DNA from: Seison nebaliae
Taxonomy: Eukaryota
Direction: 5' to 3'
NCBI GenBank assembly: GCA_023231475.1
Contig: JALJEE010002282.1
Span: 62,001-126,000 of the forward strand
DNA length: 64,000 nucleotides
A program made the translations under genes and the position numbers. This document shows positions 14,336 to 27,636 of the stretch, in pieces. Position 1 is the first letter of the stretch, and each line of letters opens with the position of its first letter. The notes under the pieces were generated by a model. That model was not told the DNA's origin and did no database searches. It saw only the letters and a list, made by a program, of their open reading frames with translations.

Positions 14336-15288
14336 ATGAAGTTGAGTATGCCACCAAATTCTACTGAAGATCTACCAAAATATCGTTTGGTTGTTGTGGG
14401 CGATGGTGGTGTAGGTAAATCGGCATTAACTATCCAATTCTTTCAACAAGTATTCATTCCTGATTATGATCCCACTATCGAAGACTCCTATCTTCAACAT
14501 ACGGAAATCGACGGAAAATGTTGCGTGTTGGACGGTTGGATTTCTCAACTTTAAATCTCTTCTTTGAAAATCACTTAAATTTCATCTGTCAGTATTGGAC
14601 ACGGCGGGTCAAGAAGAATTCAGTGCAATGAGAGAACAGTATATGAGGAGTGGTGACGGATTCCTTCTCGTTTACGCCGTTGTCGATCGATCAACATTCG
14701 ATAATATCGATTTATTTCATGCTCAAATCAGACGAGTTAAAGATCGGTTAATCATTCATCACTCACTTCCCATATCATTAATTGAAATAGTGATGAATTC
14801 CCAATGATATTAGTCGCCAATAAAGTCGACTTAGCTAATCGTCGAGTTGTTAGTGAAGAAGAAGGACGGAAGAAAGCAAATCTTTTACGAGTTTATTCTT
14901 CTTTATATTCATTCTCAAATTCTATCTCATTCAATATCTAGTGTGAATATATTGAGACGAGTGCCAAAGATCCACCCTTGAATGTCACTGAAGCATTTCA
15001 TAATATTGTTCGTCGTATCAATCGGTTAAATAAAATTTCTTTTCTTTTATTTCTTTCTTTTCTTATCTACTATTAATTCTTCGTTCATCTACTACTATTT
15101 TTAGTTACTTTTCTTTTTGAACAGTTTCTAATTTTTTGTTGTTCTATCTAATTCTTTTCATTTTTTTCATAATTTACTAATTTTTTTTTTAAAATTATGT
15201 TAGTGATATGCCACCTGATCGACCGCCACCAATGAGTAGTTGTCGAAGATTATGGAACCGAATAAAACGATCATGTTGTATATTATAG
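14336..15288 (+). CDS. Ras-family small GTPase, M-Ras/R-Ras-like, 5 exons
   Basis: [39 protein letters not shown] and ETSAK motifs; C-terminal CaaX (CCIL*). Confidence 0.92.
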
Positions 15289-16111
15289 AGAGGGGGAGGA
15301 AGAAAATATTTATTCCACAAAATATCTGCAATACATTCGTCGTTTCTTACAAACAAGGAATGGGAACAAATGTTTCATTTTTGAGTTTCCTTCTTTTTCA
15401 TTCGGAAACATCAAATTATTTATTATTATTATGTTCCTTCCAATCCTTTTTTGTTGGAATGGTTCGACATTTCATTTATTTCACATCATTTCATTTTCGA
15501 CAACATATTATATACATATGAACAGATGTTTTTATCATTCTTTTTTTTAAAAGAAATTCTCACAATTTCAATTAATTTTCCATTAAGAATCTTCTTTCAA
15601 TTCTCTTCCCATTCTCTTCACCAATTTGTACACAAAGAGTAAATTTAATCAATTTCCGATGCCTTCTCTTCTTTCTTTCACTTCCCCCTCTCTCTCTTTC
15701 TCTTTGTTGATATGAACTCGATATTCGATTCAAATTATCAAACTTTATTTTTTTGTTATTTTTCTTTTACTCATCATTATTTACTCTGAATCAGTTCTTT
15801 CATCACTTTTATTTCACCAAATAAAATTTCGATAATATCACAACTAAAAATTTTGAAATTTCCAATTTTATTCCAATTTATTCTACTTACATTTTAAATT
15901 TGAATTTTTAATTTTTAATAAAATATTTAGAGAACTCACAATTTTCTCACAGTTTGTCCGTTCCCAATTTAAAGAATTGAGATTAAAATGATGCTTCCAG
16001 TTTGAACATTCATCACCTTCAACATGATAATATGAATGGATCAATTATGGATGATATTATTGAGAGTAAATAAAAGAAGGATGGTTAAGGAATTTTTGTT
16101 GTGATAAAGAA

Positions 16112-17308
16112 ATGAGTTCGCCCGGAGAAATTGTAGAGAAGTTTCGTAAATATATTCGAATTAAATCGTTGAGTGTGGACGGGGAACATGAACGAGCGAA
16201 GAAATTCCTCTGTGATTATGCGAAAGAAATTGGATTGGATTCTCATCGAATTGACAGTGTGAATGGTTGTGAAGTGATAATAATGAAATGGGAAGGAAAA
16301 AATGAGGAATTACCATCACTTTTATTGAGTTCTCATTATGACGTTGTACCAGTGGAGGAAGATAAATGGAAATATCCTCCGTTTGATGCTCATATGGACG
16401 AGAAGAATGACATTTATGGTCGCGGTACACAAGACATGAAATGTGTGACGATAATGTATTTGGAGAGTATAAAACGACTGAAAGTTGAGAAATTTATACC
16501 GGAACGAAATATTTATTTATTAATAACACCAGACGAAGAGATCGGATCGATGTCGATGAGAATGTTTAGTGAAAGTGAATTTTTTAAAAAAATGAATGTC
16601 GGTTTCGTTTTCGATGAAGGATTGGCATCACCATCCGCTGATTATTCCGCTTATTATGGAGAGAGATCAGCACTCTGGATTCGAGCAACTTTTCGTGGTG
16701 ATGCTGGACATGGTTCTCGATTCATTGAGAATACTGCCGCTGAAAAATTCCATAAAGCATTGACATATGTATTGAAGGAAAGAGATGAAGAAAAGAAATT
16801 ATATGAATCAAACGGCTGTCTTCGTTTGGGAGATTATACGACGACTAATTTGACCATGTTACAAGCCGGTCAACAACCTAATGTAGTTCCATCAGAAATA
16901 GTGGCACATTTCGATTGTCGAATCCCTCCCGCCATCCATTTGGATGAAGTAAAGAAACATCTTCGGGAATTGTTAGATAAATGCGGATCAGATATCGAAG
17001 TGGAATATATAAATTATCGAGATAGTCAAAAAGTGACGGAAGAGAATATGAATTCTGAAGCACAACGTTCATTCACTATCTTCAAAAAGACGATGACAAA
17101 TATGAAAATTAATTTGAATTGGGAAATATTTCCCGCTGGTACCGATAGTCATTATTTGAGGAAACTCGATATTCCTGTCATCGGTTTTTCTCCCATCAAT
17201 TACACTCCCATTTTATTACACGATCATAATGAACGTTTAAATTCCGATGTTCTACTAAGCGGTGTCAATATCTACGCTTCACTTATCACCAATTTGACTA
17301 AATCATAA
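16112..17308 (+). CDS. ACY1: Aminoacylase-1 (M20 metallopeptidase family), intronless
   Basis: SHYDVVP, GRGTQDMK, PDEEIG, DEGLASP, PAGTDSHYLR and GFSPINYTPILLHDHNE motifs. Confidence 0.93.
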   Translation: MSSPGEIVEKFRKYIRIKSLSVDGEHERAKKFLCDYAKEIGLDSHRIDSVNGCEVIIMKWEGKNEELPSLLLSSHYDVVPVEEDKWKYPPFDAHMDEKNDIYGRGTQDMKCVTIMYLESIKRLKVEKFIPERNIYLLITPDEEIGSMSMRMFSESEFFKKMNVGFVFDEGLASPSADYSAYYGERSALWIRATFRGDAGHGSRFIENTAAEKFHKALTYVLKERDEEKKLYESNGCLRLGDYTTTNLTMLQAGQQPNVVPSEIVAHFDCRIPPAIHLDEVKKHLRELLDKCGSDIEVEYINYRDSQKVTEENMNSEAQRSFTIFKKTMTNMKINLNWEIFPAGTDSHYLRKLDIPVIGFSPINYTPILLHDHNERLNSDVLLSGVNIYASLITNLTKS

Positions 17309-18225
17309 AATGTTCAAATTAATCAATAAATATTTTTAAAAAAAATTAATCAATTAATATTTTAATAAAAACTTTGTTGGAAGTTTAATAAGAAATTATC
17401 TTTTGTTTATTGTTTATTTACGTTAGATAAATATTTCGACGAAGTCGACGAGACAGCGAAGAACAAATTAAAAACGAAATATTATTTTTATGAATGGAAA
17501 CATTTTTTGAATGAAGAGATCTTTGTTTTCCCTGATACTAATACGTTTCATGCATATTACGTGCACTATGATTTGAGACGTCATATTGATTGATAGTTTT
17601 GAATGTGAGTATAATTGATGGTGAAATAATTTTATACATTTATAAAAATAATTCAAATCGATCAGCAATTATCTTCTTCTACTTTTAGTTTTATTAATTT
17701 AGTTATTTAATAAATATTTATTAATATATTTTAGAGGTGAATCAAATTTATTAATTTCGAACCTTTTTTTAAGTAGAGTGAGTCTGTATGAATGGATGAA
17801 AATAAACATATGGTATGACAAACATAACAAATTCAGAAAGAATTGTCAATCGAATGAATTTGAGAGAATGTTGAACTGTATCGAAATTTATTTATATGTT
17901 TTAAGAATGAGTTTGTGTGTGTGTGTGTTGGTTGGTTTGGTAACTTGGTAACGGAAATTTTTTCATTCAGAAAATAATGGATATGGAAAAATGCTTCGGA
18001 TATTGGTTGAGGGAGGTGAATCTCAAACTAAATTACATCATTATTTTATCAATTTCCTATAAACTTATTTCATAGAGGAAAATGAATTTTTTCTATAGTG
18101 TCGACCTTGATCAGTTTACTATTTATTAGAATTTCGTTTCTCAACAAAAAGAGGAAGAATAATAATAATTTTATTGAACAAAGTAGAAATAATCAAATGA
18201 CAAATAACGGGGGAAATAGTTTACG

Positions 18226-21200
18226 ATGAACAAGGAAATCGAAATAAACGATGCCTGTGAAGTTCATTTAATTTTCATTAATTTAATTCGAATTATTTTC
18301 CGGCTTTAGGCAGCTCTAGGAAACGATGTTGATTTTTTCAAAAAAATCTACAAGAATCGACATCGTTTCCATAAGAGTTCGAGTACAAATAATCATGGAT
18401 TAGTTCTGGGAGAAAGAAGTCCAACATCAAAAGATCATCAACCATTTTCTTATTTGAATGAGAAAGATTCAACCGGCTACAATTGTTTACAATATGCTGT
18501 GAGAGATTTGAATCTTACCGTGATAAAGATGCTCGTTAATCAATTCTATTTGGGTTTTCCCAATCACTTTCTCTTTATCAATTGTTTATCTTATTGAATT
18601 GTTTTCAGACGTGAATATAAAAGATAATTATGACGCTTCTTTAATCCATATTATTGCATGGAATCGATGGAATCCAAAATTATCATTAAAAGAAGTTGTA
18701 GAAAACGTCGAAGTTTGTTCATTAAATTTTTAATAAAATTATAATAAATCCCTATTAAAATTGAATTAAATTCCTAATAAAATTGAATTAAATTTTTCAA
18801 AAAATTTTCAAAACTGACAATTAGGCAATTTTTGGATTTCTAATGGAATATGGATTGAGTTTACAAATAACGAATGCATATAATCAAACGCCTCTACACT
18901 ACGCCATTATTAGAGGAAATCATTTGATTGCCACAATTCTCTTACAAATGGGAACGCCGAATTTAATTAAAGTTTATTTAAGAATATTTTCATTTAAAAA
19001 ATTGAAATTATGTGAAGGATGTCGATGCTCAAGCTTTGACAGTTTGGCATTTACTTGCTCAACATGAGCAAACGGATATTATCAAAACAATAATCGATAA
19101 TTGGAAAGAATTGAACATGGTAGTCTATGAATCGCCCACCTCAATCGATAATGATGACGAAGAAGAAAAACTGAATAATTTATGGAATTGTCAAGATGTT
19201 GAAGGCAATTCACCTTTACATATCGCTGCGATGAATGGTTCAATTTTTCTGTTAGATAACATCCTCCAACACATCGAATGGATGTGGGAACAAAAGACAA
19301 CATTCGATCGAATTAAACATCGATCAGCAACCGATTTAGTTCGCCCAATAATTTTCTGATGAATATTTAAATTAAAAAATTTTTCACAGTTTAGTGAAAA
19401 GTTGGACTTGCAAAATAACGAAGGAAATAACGTGTTGATGGAAGCCGTTTCAAATTGCCAATATTTCATTATAACATTTTGTGAGAAATTCGGTTAATTT
19501 CTTTCTCTCCATTTTATTTATCAGTAATTAATTATAATTATTAATAAATTAATTCATTTATCTAATTTATCCTGATCAGATTTGAATTGGAAGAATCGGA
19601 ATAATGTGGGAAATAATATGTTACATATTGCAGCGAAGACTACAGATACGAGTATAGTGAGGAAGGTGTTGTTGTTGTGGAAGAATAAAGTGCAACTTGA
19701 TTCCACTTCACCTTATTCCATTGGTAACGGTGATGGGGACACCATACTTCATCTCGCCATTTCGAGAGATAATATTGAAACATTGAAAGTCATTTTGGAA
19801 TTTTGTCATGAAGAAGATTATTTATCGAAAATCATCGAACGAAAGAACAAAGCATATTTGACACCGTTAATGTTAGCGATATCGGAAGGTAATATAGAAG
19901 CGGCTTTTTTCCTCATTGCTTATGGAGCAGATATCACCGCGAAGAATCGAATCGACGCAAATATTATTCATTTAGCTGCTTTTAATCGAGAGATTGCTTC
20001 ATTGGAATTTCTAGTAGATTTATTAGAATTAAATTGTGATAATTTAGAGAAGATCGATGGAAATGTTTTGAAGAAGAAAGAACATTTACATCATTTCCAT
20101 AACGTTTCTCATCAACTATCGACAATGAGTACGGAAATGGATCGATTCTCTGAAACGGCTTTACATTATGCAGGAAAGTCAGGTAATTTCGAAGCGTATA
20201 AAATTCTAATGGTAAACGTCAAATTTTGTATCACTTGTATATTGAAAAACGATTGTGACTTAACTGCATTTCATCTCGCCGTTTTCCATAATCACGAGGA
20301 AATGATCGAGAAAATTTTAGCAAACGATGGTGCTCATTTTCTGAGTGATATGATGAAACAACGATATTTAGAAGACATTGATGAGAAATCGAATACCGTT
20401 TTACATACGGCAGCTCTACATGGAAATTATAATATTTTGAAAACTTTATTGGAATATGGATCAGATGTCTCATCGAAAAATCTTGATGGATGGACCGCTA
20501 TTGATTGTGCAGCAGCAATGGGCAATTTGGAATGTATTCGCTTACTTCTCAAATATAATTCGCCTATTAATCCCTTAGATAAATTACAATTGACCCCACT
20601 ACATTTGGCATCGAAAAACGGTCATTTGGAATGTGTAAAACTTTTGATGAAAAATGGAGCGAGTGTTGACGTCAACGATTATGTAAATTATAATTGTTTA
20701 GATTATGCAATTTTGAATAATCATGAGAATGTGGTAGATTTCATTATTGAGAGTGACGAATGGTTTAAAGCGTTAAAGAGTAGTCAAAAGATAAATAAAG
20801 AAATCGTCAATACTCCATTGAGACAATTGATAAGAAAAATGCCAGGTTTAAATTACGAATTTAAAATTTATTAAATTAAATTTTTTAGATTCTGCAAAGA
20901 AAGTGTTAGATCGATTAGCTACGATGAATGAAACGGGAAAAGATTATAATAATGATGGAATTCCTGATATGGAACGAATAATTCTGGTAGAGTTAATCGA
21001 CGACACATTCTCCGTCGGAAAAGAAAGTGGAGATGTTTATTGGAGGAATAAAACTCATCCGACAGCGGAACCATATAGTTCCGATCGCAAATTATTGCGA
21101 GAGAATCATCCGTTAAATTTAATGGTAAATTATCGTAGAACGGAATTATTGAGACATCCGTCAATTCTCGATCTTCTCGATCATAAATGGCAACATAGTG

Positions 21201-22788
21201 CCAGATACGTCTATTATGGAGAAGTGATGTTCTACTTAATTTTTGCAGCTTTCCTCACTCTCTACGTCGTCTCTACACCTGCACCATACAAATTGTTATG
21301 ATTCATTATCATCAATTATGATTTAATTAATTTCATTTTAAATTTATTAGTCGTCATTTTTTCGCCATGAATATCATGTCAACAGAAAAAGAATCATTTT
21401 GCATGAATGCCACTGAAGAGATTTATGAAATGCTTTCCAATATAACATCCGGCATTCACAATCAATCATTCGAATGTGGAGATGTTGTCAATAATATAAG
21501 GGATAAATATGATCCATTATCCATTCAGTGTAATAGTATTGGAAATTTTTCCAAATATATAAATGTTGAACAGAATGTACTAGCAAAAACTTCTTCATAT
21601 TTCTTATATTTCCTAATTGTAATCTTTATAATCAAAGAAGTTACTTTTATACTGATTTCATATTTTGGAAATTTTCTCAGATATGTGTTCTCATTTCAAC
21701 TCATGGACGATATATCGGATTAGAATGTATCTTTTATTGGATATCATTCGCAATGACGGTGGCTTTCTTACATGACGGTAGTTCTTGTATTACTGAGACT
21801 GGAATTCGAAGTGTTTATTTCATATAAATTATCTCCATTTCATCATTTCTCTTAAAGCCATTACAATGGTCGTTTGGTGTGGTGGCTATTTTCTCCGCCT
21901 GGTTTTCCTTCGTCATCTTTCTCCAGAAATTTCCCACTTTTGGCATTTTCGTCGTCATGTTTCAACAGATTGTGCGAACATTCATGAAATTCCTTATCAT
22001 ATTCTTCTTCTTCATATTCAGTTTCGCTGTCGTTTTTTATATGACGCTACAAGTACAAATGCCGTTCGAAACATTACCGTCAGCTTTTATGAAAACGATG
22101 GTAATGATGATTGGGGAATATGAATTCAACAACATATTCTTTCGAGATAATGATGAAATTAAATATTATCAACCATTCTATGTCCTCTCACTAATCACTT
22201 TCATAGCTCTCATGTTCCTTTTATCATTAGTCGTCATGAATTTACTGGTTCGATTTTTCTGGAAATTTTTTGAAAATTTTTCTGAAAAATTCTATATCGA
22301 TTTTAGGTCGGCTTAGCGATTGATGATATTCAAGCGGTCATGGAACAAGCAACACTTAGACGTTTAGCAATGAAAGTAAAACTATGTCTTTATATCGAAT
22401 CGGTTATTCCATTGTCGATATTGAGGAAATTATATGTTCGGAACATCAATTTACAACGTTCCGGATTAATGAATGAATCGAATTGGATATTTCAATTTTT
22501 TAGAAGATATCGTTTTCTCAGAAATTTCTTCTGTTTCCGAACAACCAATATCGACGCTCATATTCACCATTTGACGAAGAAAACATTACATTTGTTCGAA
22601 TCAATGCCAGAAGAAGTGGAGTCCGTTTAATTTTAATTATTTTCGTGTATAATTTTTAAAAATTAATTTAGCAGAATGAAATGTCAGATAAAGAATATTT
22701 GAACAAAATTGTCGATAATCAGAATCGTCTCGAAGAGAGTTTAGAAAAACTCGAAAAAAAAATCGAATTTTTGATAAAAAAATGTTAA
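18226..22788 (+). CDS. TRPA-like ankyrin-repeat cation channel, about 13 exons
   Basis: Many ankyrin repeats (TPLHYA, SPLHIAA, TPLHLA), then HPLNLMV..RTELLRHP..LLDHKW, TM helices, pore MKTMVMMIGEYEF, S6 MNLL|VGLAIDDI and a terminal coiled coil; 12 traced introns. Confidence 0.88.
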
Positions 22789-23479
22789 AATATAATCACT
22801 TAATATTCAATTTGCAATGCATTCATTTTCTATTCAATTTTATAAAATAAAGATATTGGCTCAGTTTTACAGATATTTTACGACACATTCTTTGCAGATT
22901 GGTTCTACGAAAATAACAAAGTTTATATCAAAGAAGGAAATAAAGAATGAACCGAATTTAATTGAAGAGAGATATTTTCAAAAATTGACGGATCAATAAT
23001 CATTAAGTTAATCGTTTAAGAAGGAAATCATTAGGAGTTTAAATTCATTACGAAGTTTCATAATAAAATAATCTTCATGGAAAAAATGAAAATAAGAAAA
23101 CAAGAACAACTCAAGCCTGATGCACACCAGATGGAAAATCCATTATAATAACCTGGCGATGCGTTCAAGAGGAACGTAGTTGACTTCTTGTAAGACAAAC
23201 TGTGACCGGAATTAATGTTCCAGGACAAGATCAAAAGGTCAAGTCAGAAGTGAAATATTTACCCATATTGTCGTAAACTTTGGAATTAGACTTTGGAACT
23301 TTGGAAAAAAATTTTGCGATCATTTTAGTTATGAATCGCCTGGAATTAACTCTTCCTGTATACTGTTAAATTTTAAACAGATTTAAACAAAGAAGATTTC
23401 TATTTCATTTGAATAAAAAGTTTTCTATAAATAATTTGATATTACCATTCTGCTTATTATTACAAGTTAAGAACACTGA

Positions 23480-23778
23480 ACTAGGTTGTAGTGATGGGGA
23501 TACGAAGTGCGAAGGGAAATTAATTTCTTCGTCCCCCTTTTAATAAATGAAAAATTCCAGACATCTTCCCTTCGCGAGCTATACATACTCCCACTTCGCC
23601 AAGGGAAACGAAGTGAAGGAAAGAAAAATAGAAAAAAAGGGACGGCGAAGCAACATTTTTTTGAAAGTCCTTTTCCTACTTTAACGGACAGAATAGTACT
23701 GGGACAATGTATTCGCTGAAAAATTATGAAAGGGGGAAAATATATTTTATACAGAATATATATAGAATACAACCTAGT
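23480..23778. mobile_element. Candidate MITE with 11-bp terminal inverted repeats
   Basis: ACTAGGTTGTA (23480-23490) and TACAACCTAGT (23768-23778) enclose ~280 bp with no recognisable coding content. Confidence 0.3.
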
Positions 23779-23928
23779 AGGTTGTAAGATGAAAATATTG
23801 TCAAATAAGAAAATATGAAATTGAATTTAATAAAATCACAAAGATAATTAATTTCAAGATTAATATTATTTATAATAATTTTGTTGTCGGTGTCTGAAGT
23901 AAATTTACTGGTTATCCTTTTTCCTTAC

Positions 23929-24248
23929 ATTGGAAGAACAGACAATTTGAAGCGATTCGGAGAAGCGACAATTCAGAGACTCTAATAGTTAATACCTAAT
24001 ACATAAAACAAACTGTCTTTAGTGTGTTTATGTATAATGGATGTCAAGTTAAGAGGAAGAAAGAGAAAAGACCAGTATTCCGCTTCAATAACTATATAAT
24101 GGCATTACTTTTCCCTTCCTTACTCCCAACTTGACATCCATGGTATAGATGTTATATAAACTCCATAGTCTATGGTCTTCGAATCATCGCGTCTCCGAAT
24201 TGCCACGTTTTTGAATTGACGAGTCCCCATATTGTCTGTCCATGCAAT
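23929..24248. mobile_element. Degenerate foldback/MITE-like element
   Basis: Imperfect inverted ends (ATTGGAAGAACAGACAAT / ATTGTCTGTCCATGCAAT), inner inverted pair ATGGATGTCAAGTT / AACTTGACATCCAT, and subterminal ATTCGGAGA-like motifs. Confidence 0.55.
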
Positions 24249-24695
24249 TGATCGAATGATTTTCTAATGAACAAATTTACTTTTCAATAGAAGAACATTT
24301 CCAGAAACGACGGAATTTGAAGAAACGATTCTTGTTTATTTTTTTGTCATCACGATGAAATTCGAATGAATTCGATATTTCGACATGCCAATTCTGAATT
24401 ACAAAATTTAAATGATTGTTTCTTTCTTAAACTTTCTTCATCGATATCGAAATCAGGAAAAGAAACCGTTCTTTTCAGATTTGAATTAAGAATATCAATT
24501 TCTTCTTTATCAATTTCAAATGAACGATCATTTCATCTTTTTCTATCGCTAAACTAGAGAAATGAGTTCGAGAACTATAAATTTGAAAATTTTCCTCAGA
24601 AATGAAACCTGAATTAAATGTAGAGATTTGTAAATGAAGAACTTTGAACTTTAATACTTGGTGATGTTTGATAAGTATCTTCCTCCAAGTAGATC

Positions 24696-24880
24696 ATGGA
24701 TGTCAAATTGAGAGCAAGAAAGCGAAAAGACCAAAATTCAGCTTCCTCTGAATTATAGAGATCTTCTAATGAACAAACTATAGAATGGCATTATTTTTCT
24801 CTTTGTTGCTCCCAACTTAACATCCATGGTATAAATGTTGTATAAACTATATGATCTCTGGTCTCCGAATTGTCTGTCCG
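24696..24880. repeat. Second, truncated copy of the 23929-24248 element
   Basis: Collinear similarity to 24037-24183 (ATGGATGTCAA..., GAAAAGACCA..., CTCCCAACTT.ACATCCATGGTATA.ATGTT). Confidence 0.7.
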
Positions 24881-26576
24881 AGTTCGTCTCCAAGTTCGAA
24901 CACTATCAATTTGAAGATTTTCATGATAAATGAAAGTTGAATTAAATGAAGTTACACTTGTAAAGGTAGAACTCTCAACTTTAGTACTTGTTGATGTTCG
25001 ATAAGTGTCTTCATCCAAATCGTCTGTCGTTTTGAAACTAATAAAATTATTCCTTCGTTTACTTTTAGGTATTTTCAGTTCAATATCTCTTCCATGATCA
25101 CGAAGTAGAACCATTTCGACATCACATTCCATTTGTTGTTGATTTCCTTAATGTTCCATTTGAATAATATCATGATTGAGATTAGAATGAGATATATCGG
25201 TCATTACAGGTTCAATACTATCAATAATAGTCGATTGTTGGTCAGTGTAGAATTGGTGAACGTTTAGAAGATACCGAATCGATGAAAAATTCTAGGTAAA
25301 AGGAAGTTATCCCCAACGTTTCTCTTTCTTAAGCACCTTCCTCTCTTCATTTTCAGACTCGGTATTAAAAAGAAAGGGAGATAACTTCCTTTTTTAATAT
25401 TCTCAGGAAAGAGAAACGTCGGAGATAACTCCCTACGATCCATATTGCTTGTATATTATCACCAGATGTTTTATTGATGTATATCACCAATCAATTTCAG
25501 AAATCATTTCTATATAATTCATTAAGAAAACTGACGAGAATTAGTAAAAAGTTAGTTTTATAATTTTATATTTAAATGTAGTTTCTATAAGTAATGATGA
25601 CCAATGTTAAGGGAAATAGTTATCGTTGAGATATAATAGTCTCTTAATGTTAATTATACTTTTTCATTCTAAAAAGTAGGCTTTAAAGGGAATTTTTAAT
25701 TTATGACAAAAAGACAATTCATCTTTATAACTTTTCATCTAATATTAAAAATTATCTAATTAAATAATTTGTTTATTCCAGTTATTAGACGATTAAATTA
25801 ATTATAGTAAATTATTACTCAATTACTCACTTTTCCCTTCTCACAGAGTCAAGTACTAAACAACTACTGTACGAAAAAAACTAGTTTTTATAATAAAAAC
25901 TTTTTTTTGTTTAAGCCTAGTAGTTTTTATCTACATATCAAAGTAGTTTAAACTCGAGATAAAAACTCAATAAAAATTTACAAACTTACAACTACAAATT
26001 TTTTTATTTTGATTGGTGAGTGACACGTGGATGATGTTCCCTTGTTAGACTAGTTTATAAGTTATTAGATAGATAAGTTAATTTGAGACTTGTGCTTGAA
26101 ACTTAAACAAACTTTTCTCCAATTTCAACAATAAAAGTAGTAGATAGAATAATAGCAGAAGCAATATTATTCCATTCAAATACATATTATTTTATTTATT
26201 TTATTACATATTTATTCAAGTTTTTATTGAGTTTTTATTAAGTTTTTATTTTAAGTTTAAACTAAAGTTTTTATTTCGACTAAAAACTTATTTAAGCTCT
26301 CTATCTAATCATATCAAAAATTCTGTTATAAGATACAATTCGAACGAATCAATCACAATCAATATCACCAAAACCTTACTTTCAGGTAATCGAGAAGAGT
26401 AGATAAATCGGAAGATCAATTGAAAGAAGAGTGAGAAGAGCAAAGGGAAGGACAATGGAAGCACAATGGGCAGTGACTGGAGAAGAGAGGGAGAAAGTGT
26501 TGATCTAATTATAACAAAATGTCCTTAATTAGGACATTTATAACAAGAAAAACAACATATATAAGAATATTGGTCT

Positions 26577-27636
26577 TTATTGAATATTTTTAAAAAATGA
26601 TGTTCGAATGGCTAAAATTAGTCCACTAAATGGATCAATTGTATTTAAAGTATTTCTCCAAATGAATTCATGTAGGTAACTCGGAAACAATTTATTTGTT
26701 GTTCCGAATTGAGTTTTCAACTTCCGTTTAACCCACATCCACATATTTTCAACATTTTGGGTGTGGATAGTTGGATCAGATGGATCTACAAAATATCTTT
26801 CGTGAATAACCACGTCGTGATTATAAATCCCATTTGTCTATGTTTCGATATTTTTATAGGCTTTCCACCCATCACTGACAATAGTTGACCCTGGCTGAAT
26901 ATATTGAAGAATTATATTTTTCAATGTTGTTTCGGTGTGATCTTCAACCTCCACCAAAAAGCATTTCTAAGTTTCCCGTTCGATACCACCAAAAACCCAA
27001 TGGCCGTCTCGCCATTGACCGTGATGATATTTTCGGTGGAAAAAATAACTTTCGTCGATTTCGACGACAATGCTTTTAATATTGTCGTCTAATTTCTAAT
27101 AATATTGTCGTCTAATATTGTCGACTATCTATTGTCGGAATTGAGACGTAAGTCGTCTTCCACCACTTCTCGGCAGAAATTTGCCCGATCGCAAGCAGCG
27201 TTGGCCGAAATTCGGCCATCCCTCGCAATTGTCTTTTGGCCGATATGTTACCGACCAATGGTAACACACCAATAAAGATTGCCTCAATGAGAGATGACTT
27301 CCTTCAAACCAGGAGTCTTTCCTACAACGGACGCACTACAGCGGTTCACAGAACATATCCACTGTCTATTAAATTTAATTAAACCTAAATGTTTTAAATA
27401 ATCTAATTTTCCATCCAATTTGTTGTTTTTTGTTTGCAATCGCATTTGCTGCCCACAACAGATTCGGTTATTGGTGAACCTAATTTCGCACAGAATTTTA
27501 GGGCTTCATCGTTATCATTAGTATTTTCAAAAATATCCCAAGAATTAAGAATTAATTCAGAAACTTCTTGGTTAGTTTGAACTAGAGCAACTAAACTTGT
27601 TGGCGCTGGTGGACGATTTTTTTGCAAAATGCACAA
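26577..27636 (-). mobile_element. Decayed Merlin (IS1595/ISXO2-like) DDE transposase
   Basis: Minus-strand fragments in different frames: KDSWFEGSHLSL, VVEIDESYF, WVFGGIER, IVSDGWKAY, HERYFVDP..HTQNVENMW..YLHEFIWR. Frameshifted; no clear TIRs seen. Confidence 0.88.

Noticed and set aside
18750..18794. 22-bp tandem duplication inside a TRPA intron
   Set aside because: Simple AT-rich slippage that lengthens one intron.
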